25,380 nucleotides of DNA. Source: a virus (Duplodnaviria; Caudoviricetes). The translations under genes were made by a program, and so were the position numbers. Every line of letters begins with the position of its first letter. Within the stretch, counting starts at the first letter, position 1. The DNA lies in the IMG/VR virus record IMGVR_UViG_3300035492_000056, positions 1-25,380 of that record; one strand, written 5' to 3'. The notes under the pieces are model-generated. The model made no database searches. It worked only from the letters and a program-made list of their open reading frames with translations, and was not told the origin of the DNA. Shown piece after piece: positions 1 through 8,026 of the stretch.

Positions 1-480
1 GCTAACCTGGATAAAGAAAAGGCCGAGGATGACGCCAAAGAGTACCAGGAAAAGTACGACAAACTTTCACTTGAACTCAGCAAGGTAAGGACAGAAAAGA
101 GCCTGCTCTTGGAGAACTCGAACCTCCCACTTCCAGGCCTGACCGTAGTAGATGGAGAACTGCTCTACAACGGCTACATGTGGGACGGAATGTCCGGCAG
201 CGATCAGCTCAAAGTAGCCACTGCAATCGTACGTAAGCTCAATCCAGACTGTGGCTTTGTCCTCCTGGATAAGCTGGAGCAGATGGACGTCAATACTCTC
301 AAAGAGTTTGGAGCGTGGCTTGAATCAGAAGGTCTCCAGGCAATAGCCACAAGAGTCAGCCGAGGTGAAGAGTGCCAGATCATCATAGAGGATGGCTACA
401 ACATCAATGACGATACACCTGCAGAACCAGAAGTAAAAGAAGCATCTACAGCTCCAGCTTGGCAGCCAGGAAAATTTTAG
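1..480 (+). CDS. SMC/RecN-like AAA-family ATPase, C-terminal part (5'-truncated by the window)
   Basis: Frame 1 is open from base 1 (ANLDKEKAEDDAKEYQEKY..., coiled-coil-like), so the TTG at 109 is not the true start. It has an ABC-signature-like MSGSDQL and a Walker-B-like FVLLDKLEQMD. It lies upstream of the AAA_24/SSB/helicase module, as in many Firmicutes phages. Confidence 0.75.
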   Translation, partial: ANLDKEKAEDDAKEYQEKYDKLSLELSKVRTEKSLLLENSNLPLPGLTVVDGELLYNGYMWDGMSGSDQLKVATAIVRKLNPDCGFVLLDKLEQMDVNTLKEFGAWLESEGLQAIATRVSRGEECQIIIEDGYNINDDTPAEPEVKEASTAPAWQPGKF

Positions 481-490
481 GAGGAAGAAA

Positions 491-766
491 ATGATAGGTT
501 TTGGTTATAGAGAAGATTATGACAAAAAGAACAGATTTGTTAAACAGGAACACGTTTCATACAAAGACAAAGACTATTTTATTTCTACTGTAGATTTAGG
601 CATAGATCATGGCTATGGAAATTTTACGGGAGTTTACTGGGAGACAATGGTTTTTCCAAAAGGAGAATGGCTTGATCTTCATTGTGAAAGATACACCAGC
701 CGTGAAGATGCATTAAAAGGTCACGATAGAATCAAGGCTGAATTACTAGAAGGAAAGATTGTATAG
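491..766 (+). CDS. hypothetical phage protein (91 aa)
   Basis: Strong RBS AGGAGG upstream of the ATG and tight packing with neighbours. Contains YFISTVDLG...WETMVF but no function is recognisable. Confidence 0.75.
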   Translation: MIGFGYREDYDKKNRFVKQEHVSYKDKDYFISTVDLGIDHGYGNFTGVYWETMVFPKGEWLDLHCERYTSREDALKGHDRIKAELLEGKIV

Positions 767-777
767 GGGGAAAGAAC

Positions 778-1152
778 ATGAGCGAAAGAAAAATAGACTC
801 TGATATCAATTTTGAATCAACCCCATTTAAGGCGATTCGACCATCTCTAGACAGTGCCATAAGAAATGTCATCAAAAACGTTTATGATGGCAAGTTTGAA
901 GGTGGAGAGATCACACTGAAAATTAAAGTCTCTATTGAGGATTTGACCACCTTTATCGATACTCCAGGAGTTCCGGATGGAATGCCTTATGATTTCAAAC
1001 GGCCTGTCTTTGACAATACAGTCACTACAACGCTGAAAAAAGTTGATAAAGAAGAATCATCATACGGATCAAATAAAGTAGAAATCAGAGAGACAGAAGA
1101 TACATATGCACTCTTTGAGATCCCCAGCAATCAGATGAAATTAGAGTTATAG
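778..1152 (+). CDS. hypothetical phage protein (124 aa)
   Basis: RBS GGGGGAAAG and operon packing; no catalytic motif recognised. Confidence 0.75.
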   Translation: MSERKIDSDINFESTPFKAIRPSLDSAIRNVIKNVYDGKFEGGEITLKIKVSIEDLTTFIDTPGVPDGMPYDFKRPVFDNTVTTTLKKVDKEESSYGSNKVEIRETEDTYALFEIPSNQMKLEL

Positions 1153-1163
1153 GAGGTAAGAAT

Positions 1164-2285
1164 ATGAACATCAGTAAAGGAGTTATCAAAAAGCCACAGA
1201 AGATTGTCCTATACGGTCCTGAGGGCATCGGAAAGTCCACTTTCGCAGCACAGGCACCAGGAGTTGTGTTTATCGACACGGAAGACTCCACAAGCCATAT
1301 GGACGTAGCAAGATTCGACAAGCCATCATCGTGGACCATGCTTATGAACCAGGTGGCCTACGTAAAGGCAAACCCTCATATCTGCCAGACCTTGGCCATT
1401 GACACTGCAGACTGGGCAGAGAGGCTGGCCATTGAGCACATTGTTGCAGGATCCAAAAAGACCGGTATCGAGGACTTTGGATATGGTAAAGGCTACGTGT
1501 ACCTGGAAGAGGAGTTTGGAAGGTTTCTGAATGCTCTGCAGGAGCTCATAGACAAGGGCATCAACATTGTGATCACTGCTCATGCGGAGATCAAGAAGAT
1601 TGAACAGCCTGAGGAAGTCGGAGGGTATGATCACTGGCAGATGAAGCTGGAGAAGAAGACCATGCCACTGCTCAAGGAATGGGCGGACGTGTTGCTCTTT
1701 GCAAACTATAAAACCATGGTGATGAATGTGGATGGCCAAGGAGCCACAAAGGGTAAAAATAAAGCCCAGGGTAACCAGAGAGTCATGTACACCACACGTA
1801 CGCCATGGTGGGATGCAAAGAACCGTCACAATCTACAGGATGAACTTCCTTTCAGTTTCTCGAACATCGCACACATCCTCAATGGAAGTGCTCCAGCACC
1901 ACAGCAAGTAGAAGCACAGCCTATGAGCATCACTCCTCCGAAGGTAGAAGAACCTAAGGCACCTCCAGTCCAGGAATTGAAGAGAGAGACAGTGGTTGCA
2001 CCACCTGAACAAAAGACCATGGATCCTACTGTTCCGGACGAAAACTATGACATACCACTGGGAATCACGGCTGCTATCCCTCCAGCGCTTGCACAGCTCA
2101 TGAGAGCAAACAATGTGAGTACAGCGGAGATCCAGGAGGTAGTTGGTCAAAAGGGATACTATCCATCCGACACGCCAATTGCAAACTATGACCCAGGATT
2201 TATCCAGGGGGTGCTGGTAGCAGCGTGGAACCAGGTATTTGAGATCATCAAAAAGAACAAAGAAAACCTCTACGTAGAATTTTAA
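1164..2285 (+). CDS. sak4: AAA_24 / Sak4-like ATP-binding single-strand annealing protein
   Basis: Walker A GPEGIGKST, LAIDTADW, GYGKGY, ITAH, KEWAD and DAKNRH motifs. A Pro-rich linker leads to a small C-terminal domain. RBS AGGAGGT; immediately followed by an SSB-like gene. Confidence 0.85.
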   Translation: MNISKGVIKKPQKIVLYGPEGIGKSTFAAQAPGVVFIDTEDSTSHMDVARFDKPSSWTMLMNQVAYVKANPHICQTLAIDTADWAERLAIEHIVAGSKKTGIEDFGYGKGYVYLEEEFGRFLNALQELIDKGINIVITAHAEIKKIEQPEEVGGYDHWQMKLEKKTMPLLKEWADVLLFANYKTMVMNVDGQGATKGKNKAQGNQRVMYTTRTPWWDAKNRHNLQDELPFSFSNIAHILNGSAPAPQQVEAQPMSITPPKVEEPKAPPVQELKRETVVAPPEQKTMDPTVPDENYDIPLGITAAIPPALAQLMRANNVSTAEIQEVVGQKGYYPSDTPIANYDPGFIQGVLVAAWNQVFEIIKKNKENLYVEF

Positions 2286-2300
2286 TTTAAAGGAGACTGA

Positions 2301-2768
2301 TTGATTATGAATAACAACAATTTTGACAATATGGAGAGAGAATTTGGCTGGGACGATACCATCACCAAGGATGATGCCTTTATCCTCCTGGAACCAGGTG
2401 AGTATCCATTTACGGTAAAGCTTCTTGAGCGTGCACGATTCAACGGTTCCGATAAGATGCCTGCATGCCCTATGGCAGAAGTGTCAATCGCTATCAACAC
2501 ACCAGAAGGTGAAGCTGTGATCAAGAATAAGCTTCTCTTGCACTCAAAGACTGAGTGGGTACTATCTTCTTTCTTTGGATCACTTGGTCTCAAGAAAAAA
2601 GGAGAACCATTAAGAATGAACTGGAACCTTGTACCAGGAGCAAGAGGACGCTGTGAGATTGGAAACAGAACTCACGATGGTAAAGAGTACAACGAAGTAA
2701 AGAAATGGATCTATTCAGAAGATCAGCAGGCACCAGCTGCAGGAGGATGGAACCCCGGAAAATTCTAA
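2301..2768 (+). CDS. DUF669-like phage single-stranded DNA-binding protein
   Basis: LLEPGEYPFTV and YNEVKK motifs plus a flexible tail ending in Phe; sits between the Sak4-like gene and the helicase. Start is ambiguous (TTG 2301 or ATG 2307) after RBS AAGGAG. Confidence 0.75.
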   Translation: MIMNNNNFDNMEREFGWDDTITKDDAFILLEPGEYPFTVKLLERARFNGSDKMPACPMAEVSIAINTPEGEAVIKNKLLLHSKTEWVLSSFFGSLGLKKKGEPLRMNWNLVPGARGRCEIGNRTHDGKEYNEVKKWIYSEDQQAPAAGGWNPGKF

Positions 2769-2781
2769 GGAGTGAGGACAA

Positions 2782-4389
2782 ATGAAACTAAGACCATATC
2801 AGGAGGCGGCGAAAACAGCCGTCCTCCAAGAATGGGAAAAAGGCAATAAAAAGACACTCCTGGTACTCCCCACCGGGACAGGCAAGACCATCGTTTTTTC
2901 AAAAATCATTGAGGACAGAGTAAGGACCGGCGATAGAGTGCTGGTCCTCGCTCACAGGGGAGAGCTATTAGATCAGGCAGCGGACAAGCTGGCCAAGTCT
3001 ACAGGGCTGATGACAGCCACTGAAAAAGCAGAACAGACAAGCCTAGACAGCTGGTTCCGAGTAGTAGTCGGATCAGTGCAGACACTCATGAGGGAAAAGA
3101 GATTGAGTCAGTTTGATCCAAGCTATTTCAATACAATCGTAGTGGATGAGGCTCATCATTGTATCTCTGATGGGTACCAGAGAGTGCTGCAGTATTTTAA
3201 TCAGGCTAATGTCCTTGGAGTGACTGCAACACCTGACCGAGGAGACATGAAGAACCTTGGAAGCTATTTCGAAAGCCTTGCATATGAGTACACGCTACCT
3301 AAGGCAATCAAGGAAGGTTTCCTTTCACCGATTAAAGCGCTCACTATACCACTAAAACTGGACCTTACAGGAGTAGGGCAGCAGGCAGGAGATTTCAAAA
3401 CAGCTGACCTTGGAAACGCACTGGATCCATATCTCCATCAGATAGCAGAGGAAATGGTCCAGCACTGCAAAGACCGTAAAACAGTAGTATTTCTCCCACT
3501 CATAAGAACTTCTCAAAAATTTAGAGACATCCTGGAAGAAAAAGGATTTCGCGCAGCCGAGGTCAACGGTGGAAGCGAAGATAGGGCGGAAGTCTTGGCA
3601 GACTTTGAAGCTGGGAAATACGATGTGCTTTGTAACTCCATGCTGCTCACAGAGGGATGGGACTGCCCATCAGTAGATTGCATCGTAGTCCTCAGACCTA
3701 CCAAAGTCAGAAGCTTATACAGTCAGATGGTAGGGCGTGGCACCAGGTTACACCCAGGTAAAGATGATCTCCTTCTGCTGGACTTCCTCTGGCATACAGA
3801 GCGGCATGAATTGTGCCACCCAGCTCACTTGATCGCACAGAATGACGAAGTGGCCAAGAAGATGACCGAGAACATCCAGGAAGCAGGAATGCCTATGGAC
3901 CTGGAAGAAGCTGAACAGAAAGCGGCCTCTGATGTAGTAGCAGAAAGAGAAGAAGCCTTGGCCAAGAAGTTGGAAGAGATGAGAAAACGCAAAAAGAAGC
4001 TCGTTGATCCTCTCCAGTTTGAAATGTCCATCCAGGCAGAAGACCTTACAAATTACGTACCATCCTTTGGGTGGGAGATGGCACCTGCATCAGAACAGCA
4101 GGTCATGGCACTTGAAAAGATGGGTATCATGCCCGATGAAATTGACAATGCAGGTAAGGCGGCTCTCCTCTTAGACAGACTATCCGCAAGACGAAATGAA
4201 GGACTTACCACTCCAAAACAGATCAGATTCCTGGAGGGGAAAGGTTTCAAACACGTAGGGACATGGGAGTTTAACGCAGCCAAGAAGCTCATAGATAGAA
4301 TAGCCGGTAACGGTTGGAAAGTCCCTTATGACATTACCCCATCAGAATATAAACCACCGGTAGAAATGCCATCAGCAATAGGCTGGTAA
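2782..4389 (+). CDS. SF2 DEAD/DEAH-box helicase
   Basis: Q-motif LRPYQ, Walker A PTGTGKT, DEAHH, TAT, LTEGWD and QMVGRGTR. Confidence 0.95.
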   Translation: MKLRPYQEAAKTAVLQEWEKGNKKTLLVLPTGTGKTIVFSKIIEDRVRTGDRVLVLAHRGELLDQAADKLAKSTGLMTATEKAEQTSLDSWFRVVVGSVQTLMREKRLSQFDPSYFNTIVVDEAHHCISDGYQRVLQYFNQANVLGVTATPDRGDMKNLGSYFESLAYEYTLPKAIKEGFLSPIKALTIPLKLDLTGVGQQAGDFKTADLGNALDPYLHQIAEEMVQHCKDRKTVVFLPLIRTSQKFRDILEEKGFRAAEVNGGSEDRAEVLADFEAGKYDVLCNSMLLTEGWDCPSVDCIVVLRPTKVRSLYSQMVGRGTRLHPGKDDLLLLDFLWHTERHELCHPAHLIAQNDEVAKKMTENIQEAGMPMDLEEAEQKAASDVVAEREEALAKKLEEMRKRKKKLVDPLQFEMSIQAEDLTNYVPSFGWEMAPASEQQVMALEKMGIMPDEIDNAGKAALLLDRLSARRNEGLTTPKQIRFLEGKGFKHVGTWEFNAAKKLIDRIAGNGWKVPYDITPSEYKPPVEMPSAIGW

Positions 4390-4398
4390 GGAGTCAGT

Positions 4399-6636
4399 AT
4401 GAACGAAAGCAAGCTTAACCTAACTGAATTATTAAGCTATATCAACCCAAGCATGTGCTCTTACCAGGAGTGGACAAATGTAGGCATGGCGCTTAAACAC
4501 GAGGGATACACTGCAGCTGACTGGGATACTTGGAGTCGTAATGACTCCAGGTATAAAGCCGGAGAATGTTTCCAAAAATGGACTACCTTCCGAGGTACAA
4601 GTGTACCTGTAACAGGCGCAACAATCACACAGATGGCTAAAGAAAATGGATGGCTACCTACATCAAGAGAAGATAGGGAGCTTGACTGGAATGATGAGAT
4701 AGGTCGCGATTACGTGGTATTAGACAAGGCTTGGGTAGAAGCAAAAGAAATACAGGAGCCTAAAGACTGGGACCCCGTGAGAGAACTTACCACGTACCTG
4801 GAAACGCTGTTTGACACATCCGACAACGTAAGTTATGTCACCACAGTTTACGAGAACGCAAACGGCGAATTGAAGCCATCCAAAGGCAACTGGGACCGTA
4901 CAGCAGGACAACTGATAGACGCTCTAGGTAAATGCGGAGGCGATATTGGTAAAGTCTTGGGAGATTATAAGGAAGAGGTAGGGGCTTGGATCCGGTTCAA
5001 CCCTGTCGACGGAAAAGGCGTCAAGAATGAGAATGTAACCGAGTTTCGGTACGCGCTGGTCGAGTCAGATTCCATGGACCTGGAGAAGCAACACGCTCTT
5101 ATGATGGAGCTGGAACTACCTATAGCCGCTTTGGTACATTCCGGGAAGAAAAGTATCCATGCAATCGTCAGAGTCGATGCAGGCAGTTATGAAGAGTATA
5201 GAAAGCGTGTTGACTACCTCTACAACGTGTGTAAAAAGAATGGCCTCGTCATAGATACGCAGAATAAGAATCCGTCGAGATTATCCAGGATGCCTGGAGT
5301 AATCCGCAAAGGTAAAAAACAGTTCCTTATCGCAACGAACATTGGAAAACAGACTTGGAACGAGTGGCATGAATGGATTGAGGCAATCAACGATGATCTA
5401 CCTGACCCTGAGAGCCTATCAGATTACTTTAATAATCTTCCACCGTTGTCACCGCCACTCATACACAACGTTATGAGACAAGGTCATAAGATGCTGCTTG
5501 CTGGACCGTCTAAGGCTGGTAAGTCATATGCCTTGATAGAGCTTTGTATAGCGGTCGCAGAAGGTCAACAGTGGCTGGGGTGGCAATGTGAGCAAGGTAG
5601 AATACTATACGTCAACCTGGAGCTGGACAGAGCATCATGCCTCCATAGATTCAAGGACGTTTACCAGGGGCTGGGATTGAGTCCAAACAACATCGACAAT
5701 ATCGACATTTGGAACCTTCGAGGCAAATCAGTACCAATGGATAAATTAGCGCCTAAACTGATCAGGAGAGCAGCCAAAAAGGAATACATCGCGGTAGTCA
5801 TTGACCCGATTTACAAGGTCATCACTGGTGACGAGAACTCAGCGGATCAGATGGCGCACTTTGCGAACCAGTTTGACAAGATATGCACCGAGTTGGGTAC
5901 CGCAGTCATATACTGCCATCATCACTCTAAAGGCGCCCAGGGCGGTAAAAAGGCCATGGACCGTGCATCAGGTTCTGGAGTGTTCGCAAGAGACCCTGAC
6001 GCGCTTCTGGACCTCACAGAGCTGGAGCTTACAGACGCATTTAAAAAACAGGAAGAAAACGAAGTCATTGCTGCAGTATCTGTTGAGATTATCAAAAAGC
6101 ATAACCTGGCATACTTCCAGCAGCACGTGAACCAGGACGATGAGCTCAGCGCAAGCAAGATGACACAGCATATCGATTCAGCGCTGCAGAAGCATCAGAC
6201 ACAGGAGTGGACAGATACCATTAATCAGAGGCTAACAGCACTCAAGCAGCGTACAGCGTGGAGAGTGGACGGAACACTCAGAGAGTTTCCTAAGTTCAAT
6301 CCGGTAAACTTTTGGTTCGATTATCCGGTCCATAAGATTGATCGCGACGGAGCGCTCCAGGATATGAAACCAGAAGGAGAGACTCCACCATGGCAAAAAG
6401 CAATTGAAAAAAGGAAGCCAGCGGAGAAGAAAAAGACCGATAGAATCACAGAATTTGACATAGCTTTCGAAGGTTTGAACACTGGAGAGCCTGTCACAAT
6501 TTCAGATCTGGCCGAAGAATTAGGTACAACAAAGCGAACAGTTTACAACCGAATTAAAGAACATGGCGGTTTCATCGTGGAAAAAAACGAGGGAAAAGAA
6601 AGTATCGTCTACAGAAAAGACCCGGGAAAAAACTAG
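4399..6636 (+). CDS. primase-helicase: PriCT-2 + AEP-like primase + AAA_25 (RepA-like) helicase + C-terminal HTH
   Basis: N-terminal YQEWTNVGMALK...WDTWS (PriCT-2-like). ALVESD, HSGKKSIHAIV and NPSRLSRMPG are primase-like. Walker A GPSKAGKS, VVIDPIY and HHHSKG are helicase motifs. The C-terminal TISDLAEELGTTKRTVYNRIK is a helix-turn-helix. Confidence 0.88.
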   Translation: MNESKLNLTELLSYINPSMCSYQEWTNVGMALKHEGYTAADWDTWSRNDSRYKAGECFQKWTTFRGTSVPVTGATITQMAKENGWLPTSREDRELDWNDEIGRDYVVLDKAWVEAKEIQEPKDWDPVRELTTYLETLFDTSDNVSYVTTVYENANGELKPSKGNWDRTAGQLIDALGKCGGDIGKVLGDYKEEVGAWIRFNPVDGKGVKNENVTEFRYALVESDSMDLEKQHALMMELELPIAALVHSGKKSIHAIVRVDAGSYEEYRKRVDYLYNVCKKNGLVIDTQNKNPSRLSRMPGVIRKGKKQFLIATNIGKQTWNEWHEWIEAINDDLPDPESLSDYFNNLPPLSPPLIHNVMRQGHKMLLAGPSKAGKSYALIELCIAVAEGQQWLGWQCEQGRILYVNLELDRASCLHRFKDVYQGLGLSPNNIDNIDIWNLRGKSVPMDKLAPKLIRRAAKKEYIAVVIDPIYKVITGDENSADQMAHFANQFDKICTELGTAVIYCHHHSKGAQGGKKAMDRASGSGVFARDPDALLDLTELELTDAFKKQEENEVIAAVSVEIIKKHNLAYFQQHVNQDDELSASKMTQHIDSALQKHQTQEWTDTINQRLTALKQRTAWRVDGTLREFPKFNPVNFWFDYPVHKIDRDGALQDMKPEGETPPWQKAIEKRKPAEKKKTDRITEFDIAFEGLNTGEPVTISDLAEELGTTKRTVYNRIKEHGGFIVEKNEGKESIVYRKDPGKN

Positions 6637-6832
6637 TTTTTCTCAGCTTTCCCGGGTTATATAGCACCCGAGAAAAAACCCGAGAAAAAAACATAAAACA
6701 AGTTATTTTCCTGAGTCAATGCATTAAAGAACCACATACCCGAGAAAAAAACGTAAATCATGTTATTTTCTTCCTGGGAAAAACACCCGGGAAAAAAACA
6801 CTATTATAAATAACTTTATTTCTTTCCCGGGT
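6620..6832. repeat. iteron-like repeat cluster ACCCG(G/A)GAAAAAA; probable replication origin
   Basis: Direct copies at 6620, 6666, 6678, 6738 and 6785 (degenerate copy at 6773). Inverted TTTCCCGGGT at 6648 and 6823. A 33-bp imperfect duplication at 6678-6710 / 6738-6770 and an AT-rich tract at 6799-6822. Directly after the primase-helicase gene. Confidence 0.75.
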
Positions 6833-6849
6833 CGGTTCCCTCCTAAATC

Positions 6850-6925
6850 GTCATGGATGGGTAAACCGTAAAGGGGCAGTCGAGCTTGCCCCCTTTTACG
6901 GAGTTTCCCAGATCATCCCAATGAC
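6850..6925. other. long imperfect inverted repeat (origin-associated hairpin or terminator-like element)
   Basis: Nested complementary arms GTCAT/ATGAC, GGATG/CATCC, GGGTAAAC/GTTTCCC and CCGTAAAGGGGCA/TGCCCCCTTTTACGG. Confidence 0.7.
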
Positions 6926-6982
6926 TAAAGCAAAATTTTCTCAAGTATAAAGATTGATAAAAAATAACAAGGAGATGAAGAG

Positions 6983-7132
6983 ATGAGTAAGAAAATAAAA
7001 AGAGCCAATTACATCAGATCACTGAGCGATGAGGATCTTATGATGTACATCTACCGGAATAGCAGGTGCTTCTCCAGAGGCATGAAAAAACTCACTGAGT
7101 GGCTCCAGGAAGAAATCGAGGTGCAGGCATGA
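6983..7132 (+). CDS. small hypothetical protein (49 aa, below the ORF-track cutoff)
   Basis: RBS AAGGAG. Translates as MSKKIKRANYIRSLSDEDLMMYIYRNSRCFSRGMKKLTEWLQEEIEVQA*. ATGA overlap with the next gene. Confidence 0.7.
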   Translation: MSKKIKRANYIRSLSDEDLMMYIYRNSRCFSRGMKKLTEWLQEEIEVQA

Positions 7133-7350
7133 AGCGAGGACGATTTGAACCGAGAGAAGTAGTTGCTGGAATGCTTACCGAAAACGAGGAAAAGGTACTA
7201 ACCGCCTGGTCAGTTCCAAAGTCAGACGGTACAAGTAAAACAGTTAAGGAAATCGCTGCTGAAGCAGGTCTCACATGCAATACAACTCTCAGGCACTTGG
7301 CAACATTGGAAAAATGGTCGAGAGGAAATGGAGAGGTAACCAATGATTGA
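7129..7350 (+). CDS. small helix-turn-helix protein (73 aa)
   Basis: ATG 7129 preceded by GAGGTG and coupled to the upstream stop. LTENEEKVL...KTVKEIAAEAGLTCNTTLRHLATLEK is a winged-HTH-like pattern. Confidence 0.65.
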   Translation: MKRGRFEPREVVAGMLTENEEKVLTAWSVPKSDGTSKTVKEIAAEAGLTCNTTLRHLATLEKWSRGNGEVTND

Positions 7351-7744
7351 GTTCTTTATGCATATGATTCCACCTACAGTAACGCATCAACAAAAACAAG
7401 TACATGTTGTAAAAGGGAAACCAATATTTTACGAACCTGATGATCTTGAAGCTGCTAGAGCTAAGCTGATGGCACACCTTGGTCAACACATTCCAGAGAG
7501 GAAGTTAAAAGGACCTCTTAGATTAACAGTTAAGTGGTGTTTTCCACTCATAAAAGGCAAACGAGATGGGCAGTATAAGGATACAAAACCAGATGCGGGT
7601 AATTCTAATAAACTCTTGGAAGATTGTATGGAAGCACTTGGATACTTGCAAATAGGAGATCAGCAATTTTCCAGTGTGATCATCGAAAAGTTCTGGGCGA
7701 GAATCCCGGGAATATATATAAAGATCGAGGAGGTAAGTCCATGA
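7343..7744 (+). CDS. rusA: RusA-family Holliday junction resolvase (atypical active-site motif)
   Basis: PPTVTHQ, LKGPLRLTVKWCFP, TKPDAGNSNKLLEDCM, GDQQF and IEKFW..PGIYIKIEE match the RusA layout; usual position after the replication genes. Confidence 0.85.
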   Translation: MIEFFMHMIPPTVTHQQKQVHVVKGKPIFYEPDDLEAARAKLMAHLGQHIPERKLKGPLRLTVKWCFPLIKGKRDGQYKDTKPDAGNSNKLLEDCMEALGYLQIGDQQFSSVIIEKFWARIPGIYIKIEEVSP

Positions 7745-8016
7745 CAGAAATAGAGCTAAGAAAACACTATGAAGTCATAACAGACTCTTGGAAGCTCTTC
7801 AAGGATCACTCAACTCCGACAGGAACAGATGAGTTCTGGCAGGGGCTGATTGATAAGACTAATGATCTGCACATGAAGCATGGCCAGACGATATTCTCCG
7901 AGCAGATCTTAGATGCAGTGGTCACTGAAATTGAGTTCATCTACAAGAGATCCTATAAGGCACCTGCAGCTTATCCAGAACAACAGATACAAACGTCGGT
8001 ATTCCAAACACAGTAA
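7741..8016 (+). CDS. hypothetical protein (91 aa)
   Basis: RBS GAGGAGGT and an ATGA overlap with the rusA stop support a start at 7741 rather than 7624. Confidence 0.7.
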   Translation: MTEIELRKHYEVITDSWKLFKDHSTPTGTDEFWQGLIDKTNDLHMKHGQTIFSEQILDAVVTEIEFIYKRSYKAPAAYPEQQIQTSVFQTQ

Positions 8017-8026
8017 GGAGGTAAGT

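Noticed and set aside
6620-6832. CRISPR-like mini-array
   Set aside because: Repeats are ~13 bp, irregularly spaced and in both orientations, with no unique equal-length spacers and no cas genes.
6921-6951. Sigma-A promoter ATGACT...TATAAA
   Set aside because: 19-bp spacing and mismatches in both hexamers; too weak to call.
7624-8026. Longer upstream starts given by the ORF track (7624, 7913; likewise 7099, 19939, 22535)
   Set aside because: They overlap upstream genes and lack an RBS, whereas downstream ATGs have strong SD sequences and stop-start coupling.
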